Part shown: positions 53,101-64,000 of the stretch, one piece after another
Position numbering within the stretch: the first letter of the stretch is position 1
How the letters are laid out: each line of letters starts with the position of its first letter
Source of the DNA: Camelus dromedarius
Lineage: Eukaryota
Direction: 5' to 3'
DNA length: 64,000 nt
Assembly: GCF_036321535.1 (NCBI RefSeq)
Contig: NC_087436.1
Coordinates: 69,318,001-69,382,000 of the forward strand
The notes under the pieces: generated by a model
The model's database searches: none
What the model was told of the DNA's origin: nothing
The model's input: the letters and a program-made list of their open reading frames with translations, nothing else
Program-made: the position numbers and the translations under genes

Positions 53101-53957
53101 ATCTGACATACATTTAAAAAATTTTCTCCTAGAAGAAATAAAAGCAAGAATAAACAAATGGGACCTAATGAAACTTACAAGCTTCTGCACAGCAAAGGTA
53201 ACCAGAAGTAAAACAAGAAGAAAACCTACGGAATGGGAGAAAATTTTTGCAAGTGAAACCGACAAAGGCTTGAGCTCCAGAATATATAAGCAGCTCATAC
53301 GACTCAATAAGAAAAAAATAAACAACCCAATCCAAAAATGGGCAGAAGACATAAATAAGCAATTCTCCAAGGAAGACATACAAATGATCAAAAAGCACAT
53401 GAAAAAATGCTCAATATCACTAATTATCAGAGAAATATCAGAGAAATGCAAATCAAAACTACAATGAGGTATCACCTCACACCAGTCAGAATGGCCGTCA
53501 TTCAAAAATCCACAAATGACAAATGCTGGAGAGGCTGTGGAGAAAGGGGAACCCTTCTACACTGCTGGTGGGAATGCAGTTTGGTGCAGCCACTATGGAA
53601 AACAGTGTGGAGATTCCTCAAAAGACTAGGAATAGACTTACCATATGACCCAGGAATCCCACTCCTGGGCTTGTATCCAGAAGGAAATCTACTTCAGGAT
53701 GACACCTGCACCCCAATGTTCATAGCAGCACTATTTACAATAGCCAAAACATGGAAACAGCCTAAATGTCCATCAACAGAGACTGGATAAAGAAGAAGTG
53801 GTATATTTATACAATGGAATACTACTCAGACATAAAAACTGACAACATAATGCCATTTGCAGCAACATGGATTGTCCTCGAGAATGTCATTCTAAGTGAA
53901 GTAAGCCAGAAAGAGAAAGAAAAATACCATATGAGATCGCTCATATGTGGAATCTAA
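50152..53957 (+). pseudogene. L1 ORF2 (endonuclease, reverse transcriptase, C-terminal domain), disrupted
   Basis: NVNGLN, GDFN, PGPDGF, QGCPLSP, YADD, HCWWEC. Frameshift near 51725, break at 52665, TAG near 52950, 11-bp duplication ATCAGAGAAAT near 53427-53448. Confidence 0.93.
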
Positions 53958-54463
53958 AATCAAAAACAAAAACAAACAAACAAAAACAAAGCGTAAATAA
54001 GGACAGAAATAGACTCACAGACAGAGAATACAGACTTGTGGTTACCGGGGGGTGGAGGGTGGGAAGGGATAGCCTGGGATTTCAAAATTGTAGAATAGAT
54101 AAACAAGATTACACTGTATAGCACAGGGAAATATACACAAAATGTTATGATAACTCACAGAGAGAAAAATGTGACAATGAGTGTGTATATGTCCATGAAT
54201 GACTGAAAAATTGTGCTGAACACTGGAATTTGACACATTGTAAAATGATTATAAATCAATAAAAAAATGTTTAAAAAAACATAGAAAAAAAAATTTGAAG
54301 AAAATGTTGCTTTTGCAGTGGCCAGATATATTGGTGTTAATCATTCTGCCTCCTTGAAATATTTACGAACTTTCATTTCCACCGTCCCCAGAAACATGAC
54401 ATGATTTTCTGTTTCTGTTTTGGCTCGGGTCAGGAGGTTGGTGAGAGGAAGCTGTTGCAAGAG

Positions 54464-57303
54464 TGGATGGGGTTGAATAGTGGACCCCGAAATATGTCTG
54501 CGTGCTACCCCCAGATCCTATGACCTTGACCTTAAATGGAGAGACTTTGCAATGTGCACACATACCTTGTTTTATTGTGCTTTGCTTTATTCTGCTTCAC
54601 AGATACCGCATGTTTTGCAAACTGAAAGTTTGTGGCAACCTGACTAGAGGAAGTCTATCAGCACCACTTTTCAAATACTATTTGTTCACTTTGTGTCTCT
54701 GTTACATTTGGGTAATTCTTGAGATATTTCAAGCTTTTTCTTTATTATTATATGTGTTATGGCGATCTGGGATCAGTGATGTTTGACATTACTATTGTAA
54801 TTATTTGAGGGCACCGCAAAACCTCCGTCATATTAGATGGCTGACAATTGTTAAATATTATGTGTTCTCATTGCTCCATCAAGGGCTATTCCCCTGTTTC
54901 TCTCCATTTCATCAGGGCAACCTGTTTCCTGAGAACAAAAATACTGAAATCAGTCCCATTTATAACCATCATTGGCCTGTAAGTTTTCAAGTGATAGGAA
55001 GAGTTGCAAGTCTCTCATTTTAAACCAAAACCTAGAAATAATGAAGCTTAGTGAGTAAGGCATGTGGAAAGTTGAAATAGGCCAAAAGCAAGGCTTATTG
55101 CGACAAAGAAAGAATTTTTTTTGGAAAGGAGAAATTTTGGAAGGAAAATTAAAGTGCTACTCTAGTGAACATAGGAAGGATAAGAAAACTAAGAACCTTA
55201 TTGCTGATATGATGAAAGTATTTTGCGGTCTAGATGGAAGGTCAAAACAGCCACAACATTCCATTAAGCCAGAGCCTAGTCCAGAACAAGGCCTTAACTG
55301 TTTTCAATTCTATGTAGGCTGAGAGAGGTGAGGAAGCTGCAGAAGTAAATTTTGAGACTAGCAGTGGTTGATTCATGGGGTTGAAAGAATCAAGTGTCTT
55401 CACAACATGAAACTTCAAATGAAGCAGAAAGTGCTGGTGGAGAAGCTGCAGCAAGTTATCCAGAAGGTTTAGCGAAGATAATTCATGAAGGTGTCTGTAA
55501 TCAACAGCAGATTTTCAATGCAGGTGAAACAGCCCTCTGTTGGAAGAAGATGCCATCGGGGATTTTCATAGCTAAAGGGGAGATGTCAATGTCTGGCTCA
55601 AAAGTTCAGAGGACAGGCTGACTCTCCTTTAGGGGTTAATGCAGCTGGTGACTTGAAATTGAAGCCAATGCTCATTTCTCAAGGCTCAAATCCTAGAGGC
55701 CTTAAGAATTATGCTAAATCTACTCTGTCAGAGCTCTATAAGTGGGACAACAAAACCTAGATGACACAGCAAATCTGCCTACAACATGGATATTGAATAT
55801 TTTCAGCCCACTGTTGAGACCTGCTGCTCATTAAAAAAAAAAGTTTATTTCAAATATACTGCTTCTAGGTAATGTACGTGGTCACTCAAGAGCTGTAATG
55901 GAAAGGTCTAATGAGGTTAATGTTGTTTTCATGTCTGCTACCCCAATACCCATTCCATAGCTCAGGGACCAAAAAGTAATTTCAACTTTCAAGTCTTATC
56001 ATTTAAGGCATGCTTTTGTATGGCTGTAGCTGCCATAGGTAGTGATTCCTGTGATGGATGTGGGCAAAGTCAGCTGAAACGTTTCTGGACAGGATTCACC
56101 ATTCTAGATTCCATTAAGATGATTCATGTTTCATGGGAAGAGGTCAAACTATCAACATTAAAAGGAGTATGGAAGAAGTGATTCCTGCTCTCAAGGATGA
56201 CGTTGAAGAGTTCAAGAATTCAGTGGAGGAAGAAATTGAGGATGAGGCAGGAACAGCAGGTGAACTAGAATCAGATGTGGAGCCTGACTATGTGACTAAG
56301 TTGCTGCAATTTCATGATAGAAGTAACAGGTGAGGAGTTGCTTCTTATGGATGAGCAAAGTGATTCCTTCTGATGGAAGCGACTCCTGGTACAAATGCTG
56401 TGAAGATAGTTAAGTAAAAACATAGGATTTAGAGTATGACATAAACTTAGTTGACAAAGTGACAACAGGGTTTGAGAAGACTGACTCCAATTTTGAAAGA
56501 AGTTCTTGTGGGCATAAAATAGCATCAAACAGCATTGCATGCTATAGCGATATCATTCGTGAAAGGTAGAGTCAATTGATGTGGCAAACTTCAATGCTGT
56601 CTCATTTAAGAAATGGCTACAGCCCCCTTAGTCTTAAGCACCACCACTCTGATCGGTTGCTAGTTATAAACATTGAGGCAAGACTCTCCACCAGCAAAAA
56701 TTGTGACTCACTGAAGTCTCGTATGATGATTAGCATTTCAGGGCAAAAATTATTTTTTAAACTAGTGGATGCCCATTGTTTTTTGGCAGAAAGCTTCTGC
56801 ACCCTTAAGAAACTAAAATGGAGTAATTTTATATGCACTGAGAAACCCCGTAAGTTTCTGTGACTCATTTTATTGTGATGTTTGCTTTGTTGTGGTAGTC
56901 CAGAACCAAATCTACAATATCTTCAAGGTATGCCTGTAATTAGTTCAGAATACTGAGGTAAATTCATACTAAATTTAGGATTGGCTCTAAATCCAATGAC
57001 AGGTGTCCTTCTGAGAAGGAAGATGGAGGGGGATGAGAGATGCACAAAAGGAAATGTGACATGAAGACAGGCCCAGAGATTGGAGAGAGCTACAGACAAG
57101 GAACACAAGCATTGTCAGCAGCCACCAGAAGCTAAGAGAGTGGTATGGAATGAACACTTTCCCAAACACTCAAGGAGATCTGGACACTGACGACACTTGA
57201 TTTCAGACCTCTGTCCTCCAGAACTGTGGAAAAATAAATTTCTGTTGTTGTCAGCTATCAGATTTGAGGTATTATGATACAGCAGCTCTAAGGACCCCAT
57301 ATG
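54464..57303 (+). mobile_element. MLT1-type LTR split by Tigger1 (paralogous copy)
   Basis: Paralogous to 15044-20927. Confidence 0.75.
54557..56936 (+). mobile_element. Tigger1 DNA transposon, uninterrupted paralogous copy (2380 bp)
   Basis: Same terminal repeats and transposase remnant. Confidence 0.9.
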
Positions 57304-60300
57304 GAGTGCTTCTACTTGGCTTTTCCCACTGTGACAGCCCTCATCCCACAGGCCAGTTGATGCAATTAGCGGGTTGTGCCCTCGACAAAGTGAATGTATT
57401 CAAGTATACATTTAGGGACTGAGAACATCATCATTGTTTCAAGATGCTGTTGTCATTTTGGGAAGGATTTGAGGGAATCATTAACGTGTACACTTACGGT
57501 GATGGTACAAGTTTCTTTCTCTGACAGTCCCACTCCCTTCATTAGTCAGTGGATCAGGACAATCCTCAGGTCCCAAAACTTCTCAAGTGAATATGATTTT
57601 AAGGAAACAATCATCCTCTAACTCTGAGACCTATCTTTCAACCCTTCTGATAGTATAGACACAGCAATTCCTTCTTGGTCGTCTATCTATTCTGTTTCTA
57701 GGGCTGCCTGCTCTATCACCATATCCACAGCTCTTCATGGGTTAAGCCTGCCTGGCTGCCACCCCAACCTTATTGTTCACCGTGATCACTGTGACCACCT
57801 GACTTCTGATTATTGATGGCTCCTACTGGTCTCTGTTACTTTTGTATTTGATTTTAATTAACATAATGAGCTAAGTTTTATAATTACCAACAATCCTGCC
57901 CCTCAGAGGACAACCATCCTGAACATCCTATAGCTTCAATAAAGACTCATTTCCTAGATTTTACTGACATACAAAGCATATCTATCTTTATATGTCTACT
58001 ACCCTAAGCCTTTGGGTTCCTTCTTCCACTGTTTGCCATGACATTTCCAGCACATCAGTTTTACTTCCTGAGGACCATCATTGTTGCCAAGTTTCTACAG
58101 ACGTCATGGTAGTCTGTTCCCACCATCTCCTGGAGTCTGAATGCAGGTAGTAATTATACTGTGTCCTGAGAGAGTGCTTGAAAATTTTAAAAATGCTCCC
58201 TTATACACCTTTATGTTGACTTTCCTCAAGTCTGTCCCTGAGTGTACAATTCCATATATAATCTCCCAGTTCCTGCTAGTAAATTTTGGATGGGTTCTTC
58301 AGTTCTTTTGAGTTATACTGTCTTTCCTTCCTTAGTAGGTCCAGCTTATAGCTGACTGTATTGCAGTGTGACTTTACTCTTGTTATTGGCTTGTGTTCAA
58401 GAGGGGAGATAAGAGCAGCTCCTGAGAAGGACACACGATGTCCTGTGGGGTAGAGGACGCTCTGTCATCCTCCCACAATGGCGAGGTGCTATCATCCCTT
58501 CACAGAGAGGAGTGGGACACTTCTGAGGACTCAAAGGGCTCAGGGGCATCTAGGAATTCAAGATTCTCACTAACTGTTTATCAGATGCCTTGCCATTCTG
58601 CCCACCACAAGTAGGGTCCTAATCTTGGAAACATTTCAGACTAGGTCTGACTTTAAGTAGAACAGGAAATGTCTTATTTTAAAATTAAAAGAAAAACTTT
58701 TTTGGTGAGGAAATTCTGCAAAGGACGAGAATCTCTTTATATGCTGCCAAGCAGGTCTTCTGCCTTTCTTACTCACCACTCACGTAATATGGTGGTTTAA
58801 AGGCTTCACTCTATCATTATATTTTTTCCAAAGAACTAATTCTGTAGAGCAAAACTTTATCTCCATTTTCCTCATCATTTTTCCATATAACAAAAAGCTA
58901 CTGTGTCACAATAACTAGTACCTGTTCTTCCAACACTATAAGGTCCCAGTTCACCATGAGTAATATCATTAGAAATTTCACGGTTACCAGAGTCCTGGGT
59001 TTATCTTAATACAGTAGAGTATTAGGTGTTTCATTGTTTTATCTATTACATTTTTCTGTCAGCATTTGTTAAAAAAATCTTACTTTTGTGATTGTAGAAT
59101 ATATATGTATGTATGTGTATATTATATGAAATTAAAATTTAAAAAGATTTTATATTTTGTTAAGAGTAGTGAAGAAATGGAAGTATGATAATTTGCAAAT
59201 CAAAATATACCAACCTCTCTAGAGAGCTTGTACACATAACCTTGACGTTTGTGATGCTCTAGACCTCCCTCCAACTGACACTTATCCACTATATTAATAT
59301 TCTTCGGCCTTGTTTATTTAAAGTGCTATGTATGCACTTTGTTCTTCATGAATTATAATGCATCTGTTATTGGTGTAAAGCCAACCATCCTGAACCTTAC
59401 TCCTTTATGTTACCTCATTTTATAATAATGAAAAAGTTAACGCCTCTCTTACCTTTGGTATAAAAGGACCAAAGTTTCAACTATAATTTTAAACAGTACT
59501 TTAGAAAAGAACACTATCTTATTGCCAGAATAAATGATTTAGCATTGTGGTAAATTACTGCTTTGATTATGTGATTTAGATCTGAAAACCAACATTAGTG
59601 TTTACAGTTTTGAAAAAATTATACATGAAAGCATTATAATTTTTTAATTATTTCAAAACCTCATAAAATTAAAAAAATCTTTTTTTCCTATATCTTTTCA
59701 TAGTTAGTTGCCCATCTAAGAACAAGTTTATATTTAACTTGCTCTTAATTGTGCCATTATTACTGTCAAAACCAGAAAATTGCAGAAATGATTTATATTT
59801 GTTCTAAGATAGAGCTGTAATTTTGGTTTTCTTAAGTTTAGGTTATAATTCTCAAAGTCCATGGCAATTATTTAATGAATTGGTTTACTGTGTAATGCCA
59901 TCACAGTTAGATTGAATAATTTTTTGACCTCAAGGCCAAAACACTGGCAAACATACTAGAAGACAGATTTTTTAGGAAAGAAATTAAGAGACATCTTCAT
60001 TTGTATTAAAATACAACTTGTGTCTTCATGTTTACCGCAGATCTCTGGCTGATACTTTTTAACAGAAGTCTAAGTAGTTGTGATTCATACAGTGGTCACA
60101 ATAAAGTTCTTGAGAGAACCAGGAGAAGTGATAGGGCAAAGTAAAAGGAAGAAATGGGCAATGTCCTGAGTCTATGATTAGATGGAAAAATCACCCCCTT
60201 AGCAAAGAGCAGTTCTCAGAAATGGACTCTCCCCCTCAAAGTATCTGCAGTGCGGCTGTAAGTAGTTTGCTTCTACTATACAAATACTTATAAGTAAAAT

Positions 60301-60338
60301 TAACATAAAAAAGAATTAAATAAAATTACTAGTTACTT

Positions 60339-60426
60339 TATTTTTTAATGGAGGCACTGAGGATTGAACTCAGGACCTTGTATGTGCTAAACACACACAC
60401 TACCACTGCACTTTACAACCTCTCTT
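60339..60426 (-). mobile_element. tRNA-derived SINE, vic-1-like, downstream of copy C
   Basis: Paralog of 23966-24054 with the same TSD. Confidence 0.75.
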
Positions 60427-60964
60427 TAGTTACTTCTATAAAGTAGGTATTAAATTCCAGTCATTTACTCCACTGTACCATCAATCATGCTAACTTATGA
60501 AGTTCAGCTACTTCTCTGAAGCTACGAAAGTGTTACAATCCAAATGAAGAATTAACATTATTAATTTCCAAATGAAGAGCAATCTACAAATCAAAGGCGA
60601 AAAAGCGTGTTTTGTAGTGCAAGGGGGACACAGTCTGACGTGTCAGATGAAAATAAATTGATGGTATCAAGTGTGCTTTACTGCAGAGGAGAAACCCTGA
60701 CAGCCTCCTGATCTCCCTGACCTGAAGGGAATCTGGCTGAGTGTGCTCTGCACTACTCTTGCCTGGTTCCTTTGGAGAACATGCAAGAACTATAACACAC
60801 TGGGCCCAGGATGACGTTACGTATTTAGAAAGTGTTCAGTGTGATCAATGCTGAAAACGGAATTAACCATTTTGTTCCTAAGGCCTCAGACAACATCACA
60901 ATTTGTTGAACTGAAAGCTGTGAATAAAGCACTAAGTCTTTATGGTAGCAACTCCATGTGTGTA

Positions 60965-60970
60965 TTTATT
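60965..60970 (-). terminator. Candidate polyadenylation signal AATAAA of copy C
   Basis: Paralogous to 24597-24602. Confidence 0.4.
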
Positions 60971-61218
60971 TTCTCTTCTTAAAGAGTAGGTTTTTGGGAA
61001 AGAATTTGAAACCTTAATTCTAAATCTTGTGGCACATTTCGGGGGTGAGTCTTTGATCTTTGATTTGATAAGCTGAGAAATGGACAAGAACCCTGAAGAG
61101 TAGGAGAGGAATCAGTTCAAGTCAGTGGATGGATTGATTTGTATGGGCCCCACCATGGTTTCCACCCAACTTGTTAAAAAAAGAAACAAACAAAAAATAT
61201 CAACAGAAAAACCAAATC

Positions 61219-61498
61219 CTATTCTCTCTTTTTCTTCTTTGTGGTTTTACCAAACCTCGAGCAACAAAACAGGCAACATTTAGTGACCAAAAATATAATA
61301 GTTGCCACACAGGCCAGCAGGAACCCAATCACATCCAAAGAGTGGTGCTGGTACCAGGAGAGGTTGTGGAGGGCTGGGCGCAGGTGCTTGGCTCCTTTGT
61401 GGCGCATGACAAACTCGATCCAGAAGACTGCTCGGTCCAGGGGCTTCACTGGCTGATCGTGGTGGATTCTTGATAACTTCATAGCATTCTCTTTATAG
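61219..61498 (-). CDS. UGT2C1-like: UGT2 copy C exon 6 coding part (rest of gene would lie right of the window)
   Basis: Nearly identical to copy B exon 6 (FVMRHKG instead of FVTRHKG); acceptor and TAG stop intact. Confidence 0.93.
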
Positions 61499-64000
61499 CT
61501 GAAGATTGAATATATGGATAACGACTTGAAAAAACCATTAAGGATGTGGTATACCTAAAATTATGTTATATGTTATTAAAAGTATTTTAAATAGTTGTAT
61601 AATAAATGATGTCATAAATAACATCTCCAAGAGCACCAAAGCATGTGGGTTTGTTTCCTCTTGAAATATTTCTATATAGTGGTCTATCAGCTGGAATTTT
61701 TTGGATGCTTCATATTGTAAATAACAATTGGAGGTAGGGGAGGAAAGAACTATTGGAAATAGCGTTTTCAAAGTTCAGATATAGGAATATGAATACAGCA
61801 TTTTACCCTCATTTGCTGAGGGGGTGGTATTGAGAACATGATAGTGACAGGAAGCAGCACTGAGGGCAGGTCTGTGAGAGAGGAACCCTTCCCCCACCCC
61901 TCCACCTTCCCCAGGTTTGATCTGGAGTGAGGGTGTTAACAAGAAGCTAGTGTTCAACAGCATCAGGTAATGGTTTCCCTCCATGATCTTCATGGCCCTG
62001 GCATTTCATATGAAAATATAAGAAAACTTAATGTCACCCAATGGGCAAGAAGTAGGTCCCTAGAGTGAGTAGATGCTGGAATCTTTGCTTCAGGCTACAG
62101 AGGGATGCAAGCGCCAGTGGTGCGATGAGAAGTGACAAGAGCTAGAACACAAACCCTCTGCCTTCTGTCAAGGGACAAAAGACCAGGCCAGGGTTTTGTT
62201 TTATGTTTTGGATGGCTGACCTAGAAGAAGCATTTTCTCAAATTTTTGAAGAAGGTAAAGGAGGGAGTTCATTCTCCCACACTAAATTGTAGTCATCGTT
62301 AAAGGAAAATACGAAACATTTCATTGTCCTAAACTGTGGAACAGCATAGAGAAAGTCTGAGGAGAAATGTCAGCCAAAAAATTATTGTATAAATCCCTGT
62401 TGCCCTTTGTTTTGAAAAAAGCAAGGCAGGCCTTTCTTAATACACAATATTTTAAGGAATAAGTATTCGGGATATATTGCAGGCAAACAAGAATGCAACA
62501 TCAACAAAAGCTCCACAGATCAAAGTAAAGCATTATCAGGTAAAAAATTAGCAAGAACAAAACCCGTCAGTTACAGAAATACCATTATAGAACACAAAGT
62601 GCGTCAATAAATCTACATAAATAGAAAACTAAGGCTAAACAGTATTGGAAATTGTAGTCTAGACAACATGTGTATTATATAAGCCTTTATAATGTTATAA
62701 TGATAATACATCAAACAAAAATTAAGATATGATATTTAAGAGACATAAATGTGAAGTTGAGAAGGGACTTCATATTGGAGAGTCTTTCAATATTGGCCAA
62801 AATTGGAAGTATTTTAAAAATAAATATTTTAACCTATAATGTCAATATTTGCTCAAAGATTTATATGGAATTTTTAGTAAGAATTTATTTGATATTAAAG
62901 TAATATATAGCCAAACCTTGCAATTTTTAAAATTTTAATATTTTTTCAACAAATATATTTATTTGCTTTATTTGAACTACAATATCATGATAAATGTAAT
63001 CATTCATGTTGAGAAGTTATGATCACAGCTAATCACTATGTTGTACAAAGTTCAGCAGAAGGTATTCATTTTGTTATATAAAGTCTGACTCTTTGATCAA
63101 ATCTCTCCACTCCCTGAACTCCTAGGCCCTGGTATATACCACTCTGCTCTCTAGTTCTTTGAGTTTGTCCCTTTAGATTACATATATAAGTGATATTCAG
63201 TATCTGTCTTTCTCTTTCAGGCTGATTTCACTTAGCATAGTTGTCACAAATGGCAGAATTTCCTTCTTTCTCATGACTGAAAAATATTCATTTATATGCA
63301 TATACCACATTTTCTTTATGTATTCATCCACTGACAGACAGTTAGGCTATTTTCCTATCTTGGCTATTTTGAATAAAGCTGCAATGAACATGTCAGTGCA
63401 GATATCTCTTTCATATTCTATTTTCATTTCCTTTAGTCATAATCCCAGAGTGAGATTGCTGGTAGTGTAATTCTGTTTTTAATCTTTTGGGGAAACTCCA
63501 TATTGTTTTCCATAGTGGCTGAGCCTATTTTTATTCCCATCAACAGTGCCCTAGAATTCCCTTTCTTCACAGACTCACCAACACTTAGATATACCCAGTG
63601 TTTTGATGCTGGCCTATCTGACAGGTGTGAGGTGATGTCTCACTGTGGTTTTGATTTGCATTTCCTGATGTTTGGTGATGTCAAGCCCCCTTTCATGTAC
63701 TTGTGGACTATTTGTATGTCTTCTTGAAAAAATATCTATTCAGTAATTGTAGTCATTTAAAAGTTATTTTGCTATTGAGTTATATGAGTTTTTGTATTTT
63801 GTGTATTAACCCCTTACTGGATATGTAATTTGAAAATACTTTCTCTCATTTTGTAGACACCTTTCATTTTGTAGATCACTTCTTTTGCTATGCAGAAGTG
63901 GTAAGTTTGATCTAGACTCATTTGTTGATTTTTACTTTTGTTCTCATTTGTTTTACTTGTGCTGTTAGTGTCATTTCCAAATATTATTGCAAAGAGTTCA

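Larger units (their letters stand above)
47144..54291 (+). mobile_element. Full-length LINE-1 (about 7.1 kb), young but inactivated
   Basis: CpG-rich 5'UTR of about 1.7 kb starting near GAGATGGCGG (YY1-like), then ORF1, a spacer of about 400 bp, ORF2, AATAAA and an A tail. TSD is A(C/A)TTTGAAGAAAATG at 47129-47143 and 54292-54306. Empty site at about 14872-14886. Confidence 0.96.

Noticed and set aside
54557..56936. Domesticated Tigger transposase gene (TIGD-like)
   Set aside because: Multiple stops and frameshifts in both copies.
1..64000. Whole duplication as a false haplotype duplication
   Set aside because: Several kb at roughly 90% identity or lower, plus reciprocal L1 insertions, exceed allelic divergence. 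Local consensus errors in the near-identical tracts cannot be excluded.

Overview
Mammalian genomic DNA, probably camelid (inferred from vic-1-like tRNA-derived SINEs). It holds a head-to-tail tandem array of UDP-glucuronosyltransferase family 2 genes (UGT2, most like UGT2C1) on the minus strand, with a unit of about 34-36 kb. Copy A shows exons 1-3 and runs off the left edge. Copy B is complete and intact: six exons of 721/149/132/88/220/280 bp, all GT-AG, giving 529 aa. Copy C shows only exon 6. Each intergenic spacer carries the same old nest (ERVL-like pol remnant > MLT1 LTR > full-length Tigger1) plus its own younger L1. One is a 7.1-kb full-length but disabled L1. The other is a 3.0-kb TSD-flanked L1 lacking almost all of ORF2 (half-L1-like). 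The empty site of each L1 is visible in the paralogous spacer. Identity between the copies is strikingly patchy, which suggests gene conversion or unequal crossover. Most amino-acid differences seen fall in exon 1, the substrate-binding half. I see no firm evidence for a wholly new biological system. The best leads are the half-L1-like element, possible L1 antisense-promoter coupling to the UGT genes, a copy-specific inverted repeat around the TATA box, and the mosaic paralogs. Identity levels and repeat family names were judged by eye, and old-repeat boundaries are approximate.
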